Source: Chiloscyllium plagiosum (taxonomy: Eukaryota). From it: a stretch of DNA of 64,000 nucleotides. The position numbers and the translations under genes are program-made. Positions within the stretch are counted from its first letter, which is position 1; every line of letters starts with the position of its first letter. The notes beneath the pieces are model-generated. The model saw only the letters and a program-made list of their open reading frames with translations. It was not told the origin of the DNA and ran no database searches. The stretch lies in the NCBI RefSeq assembly GCF_004010195.1, contig NC_057719.1:21985385-22049384 (forward strand), read 5' to 3'. Of this stretch, positions 1-9,684 are shown one piece after another.

Positions 1-1683
1 TGGTCTCTCAGTGTGATGCTCTCTCAGTGTGATGGTCTCTCGGTGTGACAGTCTCTCAGTGTGGTGGTCTCTCTGTGTGATGGTCTCTTTGTGTGACGGT
101 TTCCCAGTGTGGTGGTCTCTCAGTGTGAGAAGTCTCAGTATGGTGGTATCTCTTTTGGTATGGTGGTCTCTCAATGTGATGGTCTCTCAGTGTGGCGATC
201 TCTCAAAATGGTGGTCTCTCAGTGTGGCGATCTCTCGGTGTGATGGAGTGATGGTGTGGTGGTCTCTCAGTGTGACGGTGTCTCAGTGTGGTGGAATCTC
301 TTGGTGATGGTCACTCAGTGTGACAGTCTCTCAAAGTGGAGGTCTCTCTGTGTGGTGGCCTCTCAGTGTGATGGTCTCTCAGTGTGATGCTCTCTCAGTG
401 TGATGGTCTCTCGGTGTGACAGTCTCTCAGTGTGGTGGTCTCTCTGTGTGATGGTCTCTTTGTGTGACGGTTTCCCAGTGTGGTGGTCTCTCAGTGTGAG
501 AAGTCTCAGTGTGGTGGTATCTCTTTTGGTATGGTGGTCTCTCAATGTGATGGTCTCTCAGTGTGGCGATCTCTCAAAATGGTGGTCTCTCAGTGTGGCG
601 ATCTCTCGGTGTGATGGAGTGATGGTGTGGTGGTCTCTCAGTGTGACGGTGTCTCAGTGTGGTGGTCTCTCAGTGTGGCAGAGTATCAGTATGATGATCT
701 CTCAGTATGATGGTCTCTCAGTGTGACCATCTCTCAGTGTGGCGGAGTCTCAGTGTGGTGGTCTCTCAGTGTAGCATTCTTTCGGTTTTTGTGTTCTCCT
801 GGTGTGGTGGTCTCTCAGTGTGGCAGAGTCTCAGTGTGATGGTCTCTCCTCTGTGTGGTGGTCTCTCAGTGTGGTGGTCTCTCAGTGTGGCAGTCTCTCT
901 GTGTGACGGCGTCTCAGTGTGACGGAGTCTCAATGTGACGGTCTCTCAGCGTGAGAAGTCTCAGTGTGGTGGTCTCTCAGTGTGGCGGTCTCTCAGTGTG
1001 ACGGTGTCTCAGTGTGGTGGTCTCTCAGTGTGACGGTGTCTCAGTGTGGTGGAATCTCTTGGCGATGGTCACTCAGTGTGACAGTCTCTCAAAGTGGAGG
1101 TCTCTCTGTGTGGTGACCTCTCAGTGTGATGGTCTCTCAGTGTGATGCTCTCTCAGTGTGATGGTCTCTCGGTGTGACAGTCTCTCAGTGTGGTGGTCTC
1201 TCTGTGTGATGGTCTCTTTGTGTGACGGTTTCCCAGTGTGGTGGTCTCTCAGTGTGAGAAGTCTCAGTGTGGTGGTATCTCTTTTGGTATGGTGGTCTCT
1301 CAATGTGATGGTCTCTCAGTGTGGCGATCTCTCGGTGTGATGGAGTGTCAGTGTGGTGGTCTCTCATTGTGACGGTCTTTTAGTGTGATGGTCTCTCAGT
1401 TTGACAGTTTCCCAGTGTGGTGGTCTGTCAGTGTGGTGAAGTCTCAGTGTGGAGGTCTCTCAGTGTAGCGTTCTTCCGGTGTGGTAGTCTCTCAGTGTGG
1501 CGGTCTCTCAGTGTGGTTTTCTCTCAGTGTGAATGTCTCTCATTGTGATGGTCTCTCAATGTGACGGAGTCTCAGTGTGGTGGTCTTTCAGTGTGACAGT
1601 CTCTCAATGTGGCGGTAACTCAGTGTGATGGTCTCTCGGTGTGGTGGTCTCTCAGTGTGGCGGTCTTTTAGTGTGGTGGTCTA
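1..1683. repeat. Minisatellite, 16-bp unit (CAGTGTGRTGGTCTCT) with higher-order block duplications
   Basis: Continuous degenerate 16-mer tandem array. Near-identical long blocks start at about 29, 400 and 1158. The array runs off the window start. Confidence 0.95.
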
Positions 1684-1800
1684 TCCATGTGAGGAAATGT
1701 AGAGGTAGAGGAATGGGTCTGGATGGAATGCTCAGGAGGGTCGGTGTGGACTTGTTGGGCCAAATAGTTTGTTTCCACACTATAGGGAAGCTAATCTATG
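1684..1800 (+). mobile_element. 3' fragment of HE1-type V-SINE (CR1-derived tail)
   Basis: ggagggtcggtgtggacttgttgggcc...gtttccacact matches the tails of the full SINEs at 5716 and 7997. Confidence 0.75.
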
Positions 1801-2119
1801 ATACCATTAATTTCTATTTTAGTCTACTATATCTTGATTAACTCTCATGCCCCACTTGACTTTGAAAACCTATGGCCACTATTTGCCCACATCCTCTGAG
1901 TGCAGTGCTAGTAGTGACCATTGCTAGCAGTGGCACTGTTGAGATTGCTGAGCTTCGAGCCCTCTGATTGGCCTTGGTGGCATTGGTCAGGCGGTCATCC
2001 TTAGTACTGATGACAACGTGCCAGCAGCCAGTTCAGTGCAGCTCGAGTACTGACATCCACTAAAGCAGGTTCAGCTGCCCACTTTCCACTTCTGGACCCA
2101 TGGCAAAGTTTCAATCTGA

Positions 2120-2625
2120 TGCTTTATCAGTCAGGAGTGTGAAGGAATATTCCCCTCTCACCCGGATAAGTGCAGCTCCAACAACACTCAAAAAGCTTGA
2201 TACCATCCAGGACAAAGGAGCTCACTTGGTTAGCAGTACATCCATAAGTATCCACTCCCTCCACTCCTGACACTCAGAAGCAGCAGAATGTACTATCTAC
2301 AAGATGCACTGTAGAAATTCTCCAAAAGATCCTCAGACAGCACCTTTCAAACCCACGACTATGACCACCTAGAAGGACAAGGCCAGCGGATATATGGGAA
2401 CATTACCACCTTCAGGTTCCCCTCCAAGCCACTCACCGTCCTGATTTGGAAATATACCATTTCTTCACTGTTGCTGGGTCAAAATCTAGGAATTCCCTCC
2501 CTAATGTGGGTCAACCCACAGCAAGAGAATTGCAGCGGTTCAAGAAAGCAGCTCACCACCACCTTTTCAAGGGCAACTAGGGACGGGCAATAAATGCTGG
2601 CCAGCCAGTGATCCCACAAATGAAT
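2120..2625 (+). mobile_element. CR1/Zenon-like LINE 3' fragment
   Basis: Degenerate RT C-terminus (VRSV.EYSPL..ISAAPTTLKKLDTIQDK) plus a 3' tail (ttctcaagggcaactagggacgggcaataaatgctggcc-type) shared with other copies in the window. Confidence 0.7.
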
Positions 2626-2776
2626 ATTGTTTAAAAAATAACATTCATTCTACTAGAGGCAAGTAGTGGCATCTCTGGAAAGCTACTCAATCCCTGAGAA
2701 AAGGAAACGGTAAGAGCTGGGGGAGAAAAAGGAGAGAATCCTCTTTGACCGTGATAATAGCTGTTAAGAGCTGAAA

Positions 2777-3087
2777 TTAGATTAGATTCTCTACAATATG
2801 GAAACAGGCCCTTTGGCCCAGCAAGTCCACACCGACCCTCCAAAGAGTAACCCACACAGACCCATTCCCCCAGCCTATTTTTACCCGACTAATGCACCTA
2901 TCACTATGGGCAATTTCGCATGGCCAATTCACCTGACCTGCACATCTTCGGACTGTGGGAGGAAACCAGAGCAAACACGGGGAGAATGTGCAAACTCCAC
3001 GCAGACAGTCGCCCAAGATGGGAATCGAACCCAGGTCCCGGGTGCTGCGAGGCATCAGTACTAACCACTGAGCCACTGTGCCACCCC
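2777..3087 (-). mobile_element. HE1-type tRNA-derived V-SINE
   Basis: Minus strand has a tRNA-like head with A/B boxes, a V-domain (gagtttgcacattctccccgtg) and a CR1-like tail ending in (AATCT)n. Confidence 0.9.
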
Positions 3088-3642
3088 AAACACATTTCAG
3101 CATGAAGGCAAGCAAACACAGAGAATACTGGAGAAACTCAGCATGCCTGTCTCCATCTGTGGAGATAAATAACAGAGTTAACATTTCAAGTCAAGTATGA
3201 ACTTCCCTCTGAATGAAGAAAGGTTTGGAAATTTTGTTTTACTTTTGACAGAGGTGGTGGTGGGTGGGGGAGGGATGAAGAGAACAGATGGTGCAAAGGC
3301 CAAGTGCAAATGACGAATGTTTTTTTTCGTGGTGGTGAAAGAGAAAAAGAGATGGTCTGTTAGGAGCAAATATGCAAACAAGACAAGGCTAGAGTGGAGA
3401 ATGGAAGCAATATGCAGAACAGACATCATGTGGTCAGATTCTGAAGTTGTGTGGTTCAATATTGAGTCCTAGAGGCTGTAAAGTGCTTAAGTGGAAAATT
3501 AAGTGTTGTTCTTTGAGCTTGTGTTGTCCTCACTGGAACATTATAGTACGTCCAGGACAGAAACATTCGAATGAGAGCAAGTTGTTTTATGTTAAAAATC
3601 ACACAACACCAGGTTATAGTCCAATAGGTTTAATTGGAAGCT

Positions 3643-3677
3643 CACTAGCTTTCGGAGTGACGCTCCTTCATCAGGTG
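3643..3677 (-). ncRNA. Minimal hammerhead ribozyme motif (family B, minus arm)
   Basis: Minus strand reads CAC-CUGAUGA-A-GGAG(CGUCA)CUCC-GAAA-GC-UA-GUG, with an intact core. Confidence 0.75.
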
Positions 3678-3682
3678 GTAGT

Positions 3683-3717
3683 CACCTGATGAAGGAGCGA
3701 TGCTCCGAAAGCTAGTG
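3683..3717 (+). ncRNA. Minimal hammerhead ribozyme motif (family B, plus arm)
   Basis: CAC-CUGAUGA-A-GGAGC(GAU)GCUCC-GAAA-GC-UA^GUG. Stem I CAC/GUG, 5-bp stem II, palindromic AGCU stem III, predicted cleavage after 3714. Confidence 0.8.
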
Positions 3718-4069
3718 TGCTTCCAATTAAACCTATTGGACTATAACCTGGTGTTATGTTATTTTTAACTTTGTACACCCCAGTCCAACACCGGCATCTC
3801 CAAATCAAGTTGTTTTATGTAATAGCAAGCAACTGGCAGATCAAGTTCATTCTGATGGACAGAGCGAAGTCTCAAAGCAGTCATCCAGGTCACCCAGGAT
3901 CACAAGGAGGATATTGGAAACATGGAAACATACCCCGTTATCAACCATCCAGTCCACAGCACAAAAAGGTGTGGATTCAAGATCAAATTTGCAGCACTAA
4001 GACGGACAAAAAATTTGATCAGTTAGGTTATGAAACAATGTCAGTTGAGTGGAATGAAGATATTGGTCT

Positions 4070-4650
4070 GTTACAAAAGCATAGAAACAGAGAAAGTAGG
4101 TGCAGGAATATGCCATTTGGCCTTCCAATCCTGCACCACAATTTAATATGATCATGGTTGGTCATTTAATTTCAGTATCCCACTCCTGCTTTCTCTCCAT
4201 ATCCCTTGATCCCTTTAGCCGCAAGGTCTCATTGAATGTATCTAATGAACTGGCCCCAACAGTTCTCTGCAGGAGTGAATTTCACAGGTTTCACAACTCT
4301 CTGAGTGACGAGATTCTTCCTCATCTCAGTCCTGAATAGCTTACCCTTTACTCTTAGACTGTGACTCCAAGTTCTGGACTTTCCCAACATCAGGAACATT
4401 CTTCCTTCTACTAACCTGTCCAGTCCCATCAGAGTTTTATATGTTTCTATGAGGTGTTTCCTCATACTTCTAAATTCCAGTGAGCAGGACACATTCGATC
4501 CAGTCTTTCTTCATATGTCAGTCCTGCCATCCCAGGCAGGTGAACCTTTGCTGGACTCCTTCAATAACAAGAACATTCTGCCTTAGACTAGGAGACCAAA
4601 ACTGCACACAATATTCAAGGTGAGGCCTCAGCAAAGCCCTGTATAACTGT
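4070..4650 (-). mobile_element. CR1 LINE 3' fragment
   Basis: Minus frames give [19 protein letters not shown] and LIETYK...TQRVV, followed by a CR1 tail. Confidence 0.9.
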
Positions 4651-5715
4651 GAGCAAATTGAACATGAAACAAGTTCAAGCAAGCTGAATGGTTTAATCAT
4701 GTATTTTTGTTTGCTGGGTTTCAAAATGCACAAAATAAACAATACAGAAAACAAAACAAATAAGAACCTAAAATTAGAGAGAAATAATTACAAATAACAT
4801 CTCAACGCTAAAGTTGGATTTTCCACTCCTTTTTCAGTTGTATTTTCCATTTTTCTTCAGCCTTTCCAGCAACAGGAATGTAACAGAAAACCAATTAACT
4901 GAGTCACTTTCACAATGCTTTCACTTGTCCTTTATTCCATATGAAACAATTATATAAACAAATATGAGCATATGCTTTGTCTGTCTTATGCGTCATTACT
5001 CTTGGGAAAGCCTCTTACATTTAAGCCAAAATTTTTCCATCTCATGGTATTTATCTTCATTTAAGCTCAACGTAAACTGGTAACGCTTTGAGTCCACAAA
5101 TCACATCGAGAGACTGCCTCTGAGTAACAGTCGACAGATCCACACAGACAGCTGGAAGATAAAACTTGACAAGTTAGTGCCAATGCTTGTAGGAATTCAA
5201 ACCTCACCTAAATAAAGTACTTAAGGACAAGTTGTTATGTAGCACCTACAATATTCGGGAAAGGTTTCATACTACAAATGCAAAAATGATCAGCATCTGC
5301 ATTTTTTAAATTCGGTCCTATTTCCTGTTCCATCACTCACCATTTCTCAAAACTATTGCAGCCTTAACTTAATTGGATGCTTTTACCTCCCCACTATTGC
5401 TTATCAGTCTAAACATTACATATAAAGGGGCTTTAACAGACGATCACTGATGTTAAACCTGTGTTCCTTGTGTCTGGGTTTTTTTTAACTGCAAAAGCCA
5501 ACAGTTGTTTTAACATTTAAATAACCACTAAAGAATGTTTTATATCTGACATGCAAGTAACATTGTGAAAAAGAAAAATATCATGTTAAATATGTGATAA
5601 TGGGGAACTAATATGAATTTGTTAAAAAAAATATGCAAAAGTATGAGAGTGTACATCTGCATATGTGACAGCTTCATGTGTATGTACCTCCATTTCTACC
5701 TCCCTTGCCAAAATA

Positions 5716-6028
5716 GGGCGACACGGTGGCTCAGTGGTTAGCACTGCTGTCTCACAGCACCAGGAACCGGGGTTTGATACCAGCCTTGGGTGACTGTCTG
5801 TGTGGGGTTTGCACATTCTCCCTGTGTCTGTGTGGGTTTCCTCTGGGTGCTCTGGTTTCCTCCCACAATCGAAAGATGTGCAGGTCAGGTGAATTGGCCA
5901 TGCTAAATTGCCCGTAGTGTTAGGTGCATTAGCCAGGGGTAAATGTTGGGGAATGGGCCTGGGTGGGTTAGTCTTCGGAGGGTCGGTGTGGATGTGTTGT
6001 GCTGAAAGGGCCTGTTTCCACACTGCAG
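5716..6028 (+). mobile_element. HE1-type V-SINE (ends at gap)
   Basis: A box tggctcagtggt, B-box-like gggtttgatac, V-domain and CR1 tail gggcctgtttccacactg. Confidence 0.9.
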
Positions 6029-6528
6029 NNNNNNNNNNNNNNNNNNNNNNNNNNNNNNNNNNNNNNNNNNNNNNNNNNNNNNNNNNNNNNNNNNNNNNNN
6101 NNNNNNNNNNNNNNNNNNNNNNNNNNNNNNNNNNNNNNNNNNNNNNNNNNNNNNNNNNNNNNNNNNNNNNNNNNNNNNNNNNNNNNNNNNNNNNNNNNNN
6201 NNNNNNNNNNNNNNNNNNNNNNNNNNNNNNNNNNNNNNNNNNNNNNNNNNNNNNNNNNNNNNNNNNNNNNNNNNNNNNNNNNNNNNNNNNNNNNNNNNNN
6301 NNNNNNNNNNNNNNNNNNNNNNNNNNNNNNNNNNNNNNNNNNNNNNNNNNNNNNNNNNNNNNNNNNNNNNNNNNNNNNNNNNNNNNNNNNNNNNNNNNNN
6401 NNNNNNNNNNNNNNNNNNNNNNNNNNNNNNNNNNNNNNNNNNNNNNNNNNNNNNNNNNNNNNNNNNNNNNNNNNNNNNNNNNNNNNNNNNNNNNNNNNNN
6501 NNNNNNNNNNNNNNNNNNNNNNNNNNNN
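6029..6528. other. Assembly gap
   Basis: Run of N. Confidence 1.
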
Positions 6529-6589
6529 GAGTGTTTCTTTTACTCTCTCAACAGTATCCCCACCCAGAAGCCAGCCTGATCGAAAAGTT

Positions 6590-6819
6590 TCAAGTCAAAA
6601 AGTTTGGCGCTGGAAAAGCACAGCCAGTCAGGCAGCATCCGAGGAGCAGGAGAGTCGAAGTTTCAAGTATAAGCTCTTCCTCAGGAATGACATTCCTGAT
6701 GAAGAGTTTATGCCCAAAATGTCGATTCTCCTGTTCCTCGGATGCTGCCTGACCTGCTGTGCTTTTCCAGCACCACACCCTTCAACTCTGATCTCCAGCA
6801 TCGGCAGTCTTCATTTTCT
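6590..6819. mobile_element. ORF-less inverted-repeat PLE mini-element (family A) with two decayed hammerheads
   Basis: Palindrome centred on tcaggaatg-a-cattcctga (about 6690) with arms of about 90 bp and a right-hand tail. Flanks cctgatcgaaaagtt (6575-6589) and cctgattgaaaagct (6820-6834). Confidence 0.8.
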
Positions 6820-7289
6820 CCTGATTGAAAAGCTTGCCTCCCTGCATCAGAAACTGCAAGTTCCAAGTTCAAAGTGACGAAAACAAAGATTACAACGGAT
6901 GGATATGTATATTAAGTATTGGGACATCAGGGATAATTGAGGGGCAAGTTCTGGGAGGGAGGAGGTCTGAAAGAAATTCAGGGCAGAGATGCAGCTTGGG
7001 TAGGGAGAGGGGCAGGTGTTGGATTATGGAGGGGGCTCAGTTATTAGTTTCTTGATCACCTTGGAGAACAGCTTATTGACTTTAGACAGACCCTGACTAT
7101 TGACAGAGAGGGAAAGTGATGGTGAGACAAGGTTACTGATCATTTGGGGTTGCCCAATCATGGGAAGATGTGGGTTTGTATTGCCATTGGATGGGTTGGT
7201 TACTCCAGAGGCAGGTCCAGTTGTGGGAAGTGAAGGACCTTTGTTTGGGAGGGGCTGAGCAAAGTCACCAAGATGCCTAATTTCCCAGG

Positions 7290-7590
7290 GTGGAGGGGTT
7301 AATTACTAGGGGACACTAGAGTTCGAGGTGCAAGCGTGGGATGTTTAAGAGAGATGTGCCCGGCAAGCCTTTCACACAAAGGGTGGTGAGTGCCTGGAAT
7401 GCATTTCCAGAGGAAGCAGACACAATAGCAGCACTTTAGAATCACCTCGATGAATAAATGAATAGGAAGGGAATAGAGGGATACAGATCCTGCAAGTGAA
7501 GATAGTTTTAGTATGGAAGGACAAAATGTGGCAGTGCAAGCTTGGACGGCCAAAGGGCCTGTTCCTGTGCTGTATTGTTCTTTGTTGCTC
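7290..7590 (+). mobile_element. CR1 LINE 3' end
   Basis: TRGH...FTQRVVSAWNA-like sequence and tail ggccaaagggcctgttcctgtgctgta. Confidence 0.8.
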
Positions 7591-7898
7591 CTCTCCTGAC
7601 CGACTGGGAAGAGGCTGAATAGGTTGAAAAGGCTGGAGCATTGGAGGTTGAGGGGTGGCCTTATAGATGTTTATAAAATCATGAAGGACATGCATAGGGT
7701 AAATAGACAAGGTCTTTTCCCTGGGGAGGGGGAGTGAAGAACTACATGGCATAGGTTTAGGATGAAAGGGGAAAAAAATCAAAAGGGACCCAAAGGGTAA
7801 CGTTTTCACAACTCGGATGGTGTATGTATGAATGAACTGCCAGAGAAAGTGGTGGAGACTGGTACAATCACAACATTTAAAAGGCATCTGGATGGGTG

Positions 7899-7990
7899 GC
7901 CTGATGAAGGGCTTATGCCCAAAATGTCGATTCTCCTGCTCCTCGGGTGCTGCCTGACCTTCTGTGCTTTTCTAGCTCCACACTCTCGAC
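7899..7990 (+). mobile_element. Solo PLE terminal repeat (family A) with decayed hammerhead
   Basis: ctgatgaagggcttatgcccaaaatgtcgattctcctgctcctcggg... Confidence 0.8.
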
Positions 7991-7996
7991 ATCTGG

Positions 7997-8320
7997 TGCA
8001 GCATTTTGGCTCAGTGGTTAGCACTGCTGCCTCACAGCTCCAGGGACACGGGTTTGATTCCCATCTCAGATGACTGTCTGTGTGGGGTTTGCACAATCTT
8101 CCCATGTCTGCATGGGTTACCTTCGAGTACTCCACTTTACTCCCACAAATGTGCAGGTTATGTGAACTGGCCATGCTAAATTGTCCATAATATTAGGTGC
8201 ATTAATCAGTGGAAAGTATAGGATTGGGGAATGGACCTGGGTGGGTTACTCTTCAGAAGGTTGATCTGGATTTGTTGGGCCAAATGGCCTGTTTCCATAC
8301 AGTACAGAATCTAATCTAAT
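7997..8320 (+). mobile_element. HE1-type V-SINE
   Basis: tRNA-like head, V-domain and a tail ending aatctaatctaat. Confidence 0.85.
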
Positions 8321-8935
8321 CTGGATGAGTGTATGAACAGCAAGGGTTTAGAGGGATGTGGGCGAAGTGCTGGCAAATGGGACTCGATTAGTTTAGGATA
8401 TCTGGTTGGCACAGACTGGAGGGTCTGTTTCCATGCTGTACATCTCTATGACTTGATGGCTCTCTGACTTACCTCTTCCACAAAGATGTCTTGTCCTTAT
8501 CTCCTTTTACCTGTTGGATTTCCTACTCCCCAACTCACCTGGTTGACCAGTACTAAACCTGGAAGAAGAAAAGAAAATGCCTCCTGGCTGCAGTATTTAA
8601 ACAATCAACTCTCTTCCCTGGATCAGATCAGTCACCTGATTCTGCATTAAAAAATAAAGCTGGAACTGTTCAGTATAATCTGGATCGGGTTTGAGACTTT
8701 TACATTTTTGCATTCCACTCAATCCAAACATGAACCCGAACAATTTTCGAGGTTAAAATTCCCCTCAGAACTTCAGATGTCAATTGCCTCAGATTTCAAA
8801 GTGAAATGAACAAAATACATTTAGGAAACAAGAACATATCGGTAAGAGGTCTTAAAAATAAAGCAACAAACAACAAAGACATAGTTAATGTGAAAAATTA
8901 TCAGGTCAGGTTTCAGACAGTTATTTTCATATGCT

Positions 8936-9102
8936 CAGGATTAGAGTGGTGCTGGAAAAGCACAGCAGGTCAGGCAGCATCCGAGGAGCAGGAAAATCAA
9001 CATTTCAGGCAGGAGCCCTTCATCAGGAATGCCTGCTGTGCATTTCCAGTACCACTACAATCTTGACTCTGATCTTCAGCATCTGCAGTCCTCACTTTCA
9101 CC
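8936..9102. mobile_element. ORF-less inverted-repeat PLE mini-element (family A), one arm internally deleted
   Basis: Minus arm 8940-9030 carries a hammerhead motif, and the plus arm restarts at cctgctgtgc. Flanks ttattttcatatgct (8921-8935) and ttattttcacaggct (9103-9117). Confidence 0.75.
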
Positions 9103-9684
9103 TTATTTTCACAGGCTGCTTTATTGTTAATGATACCTGTTGTAATGAAGAAAATAAATTAATCTTCAATAGTACATAGGGTAAGATTTAGACAGGTCGA
9201 GACACAGGTTTGCAGCTGGCTGGCAGTCATCGGGCATGATGTAGTGTAGAAGACCCTGCTACTGAATGATCAAAGGTCAGAAAGGAAAGTAAATGAAACA
9301 TAGAAACACAGAAAATAGGGGCTTGATAGTATCTGCTTGATTTCAATGCCATAGATGCTCAAAGTCAATTTAAAAATGGGAATATTGAAAATGCACAAAA
9401 GGTAGTCAGCCTCCAAGTCAAAAAATGATACGTTAATAGCTTGTAAAGACAGTGTCTTTTTATTTTTGTGCTTTCGAAATTGTGGACTCAACTAAGAAGA
9501 GCTGTTTTAAAACCAGTGTTTTAAAGACTTGCTGCATGTTTTGAAATGCAAGTAACCTAACATTCATGGCATGCATTGTGTAAACAGCTATTCGCACAAA
9601 TAGTTGAAGTGATTGTAAACAAATAGGAGCTGAGGGGTTCTGTGCACAGGGGCAACTGACTGGCAGCAAGACATTGAATTGAAA

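Larger units (their letters stand above)
3593..3805. mobile_element. ORF-less inverted-repeat PLE-derived mini-element (family B) with two hammerheads
   Basis: Arms 3591-3677 and 3683-3769 are near-perfect reverse complements with a 5-nt spacer and a 36-bp one-sided tail. Perfect flanking duplication caagttgttttatgt at 3578-3592 and 3806-3820. Confidence 0.85.
3110..3860 (-). mobile_element. Old Penelope-like element 3' relic (host of the 3593-3805 hairpin)
   Basis: Terminal-repeat-like sequence at 3110-3215 and a degenerate GIY-YIG C-terminal region (KLKEQHLIF.L..LQP.GLNIE-like) at about 3430-3575. Confidence 0.55.
7605..8450 (+). mobile_element. CR1 LINE 3' fragment interrupted by a PLE repeat and a SINE
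   Basis: RLRGGLIDVYKIM...NELPEKVVETGTITTFKRHLD. Resumes at about 8320 with ctggatgagtgtatgaacag. Confidence 0.8.

Noticed and set aside
29..1367. Repeated ORFs (MMVSRCDSLSVWW...)
   Set aside because: They are translations of the 16-bp minisatellite.
1..1683. CRISPR-like array
   Set aside because: The units are contiguous with no unique spacers, there are no cas genes and the context is vertebrate.
3593..3805. DNA-transposon MITE or miRNA interpretation of the hairpin
   Set aside because: The asymmetric tail, 15-bp TSD and hammerhead cores fit a PLE-derived retroelement better.
5716..5790. tRNA gene
   Set aside because: The tRNA-like head continues into a V-domain and LINE tail, so it is a SINE. 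The same applies to the copies ending at 3087, 7997 and 54421.
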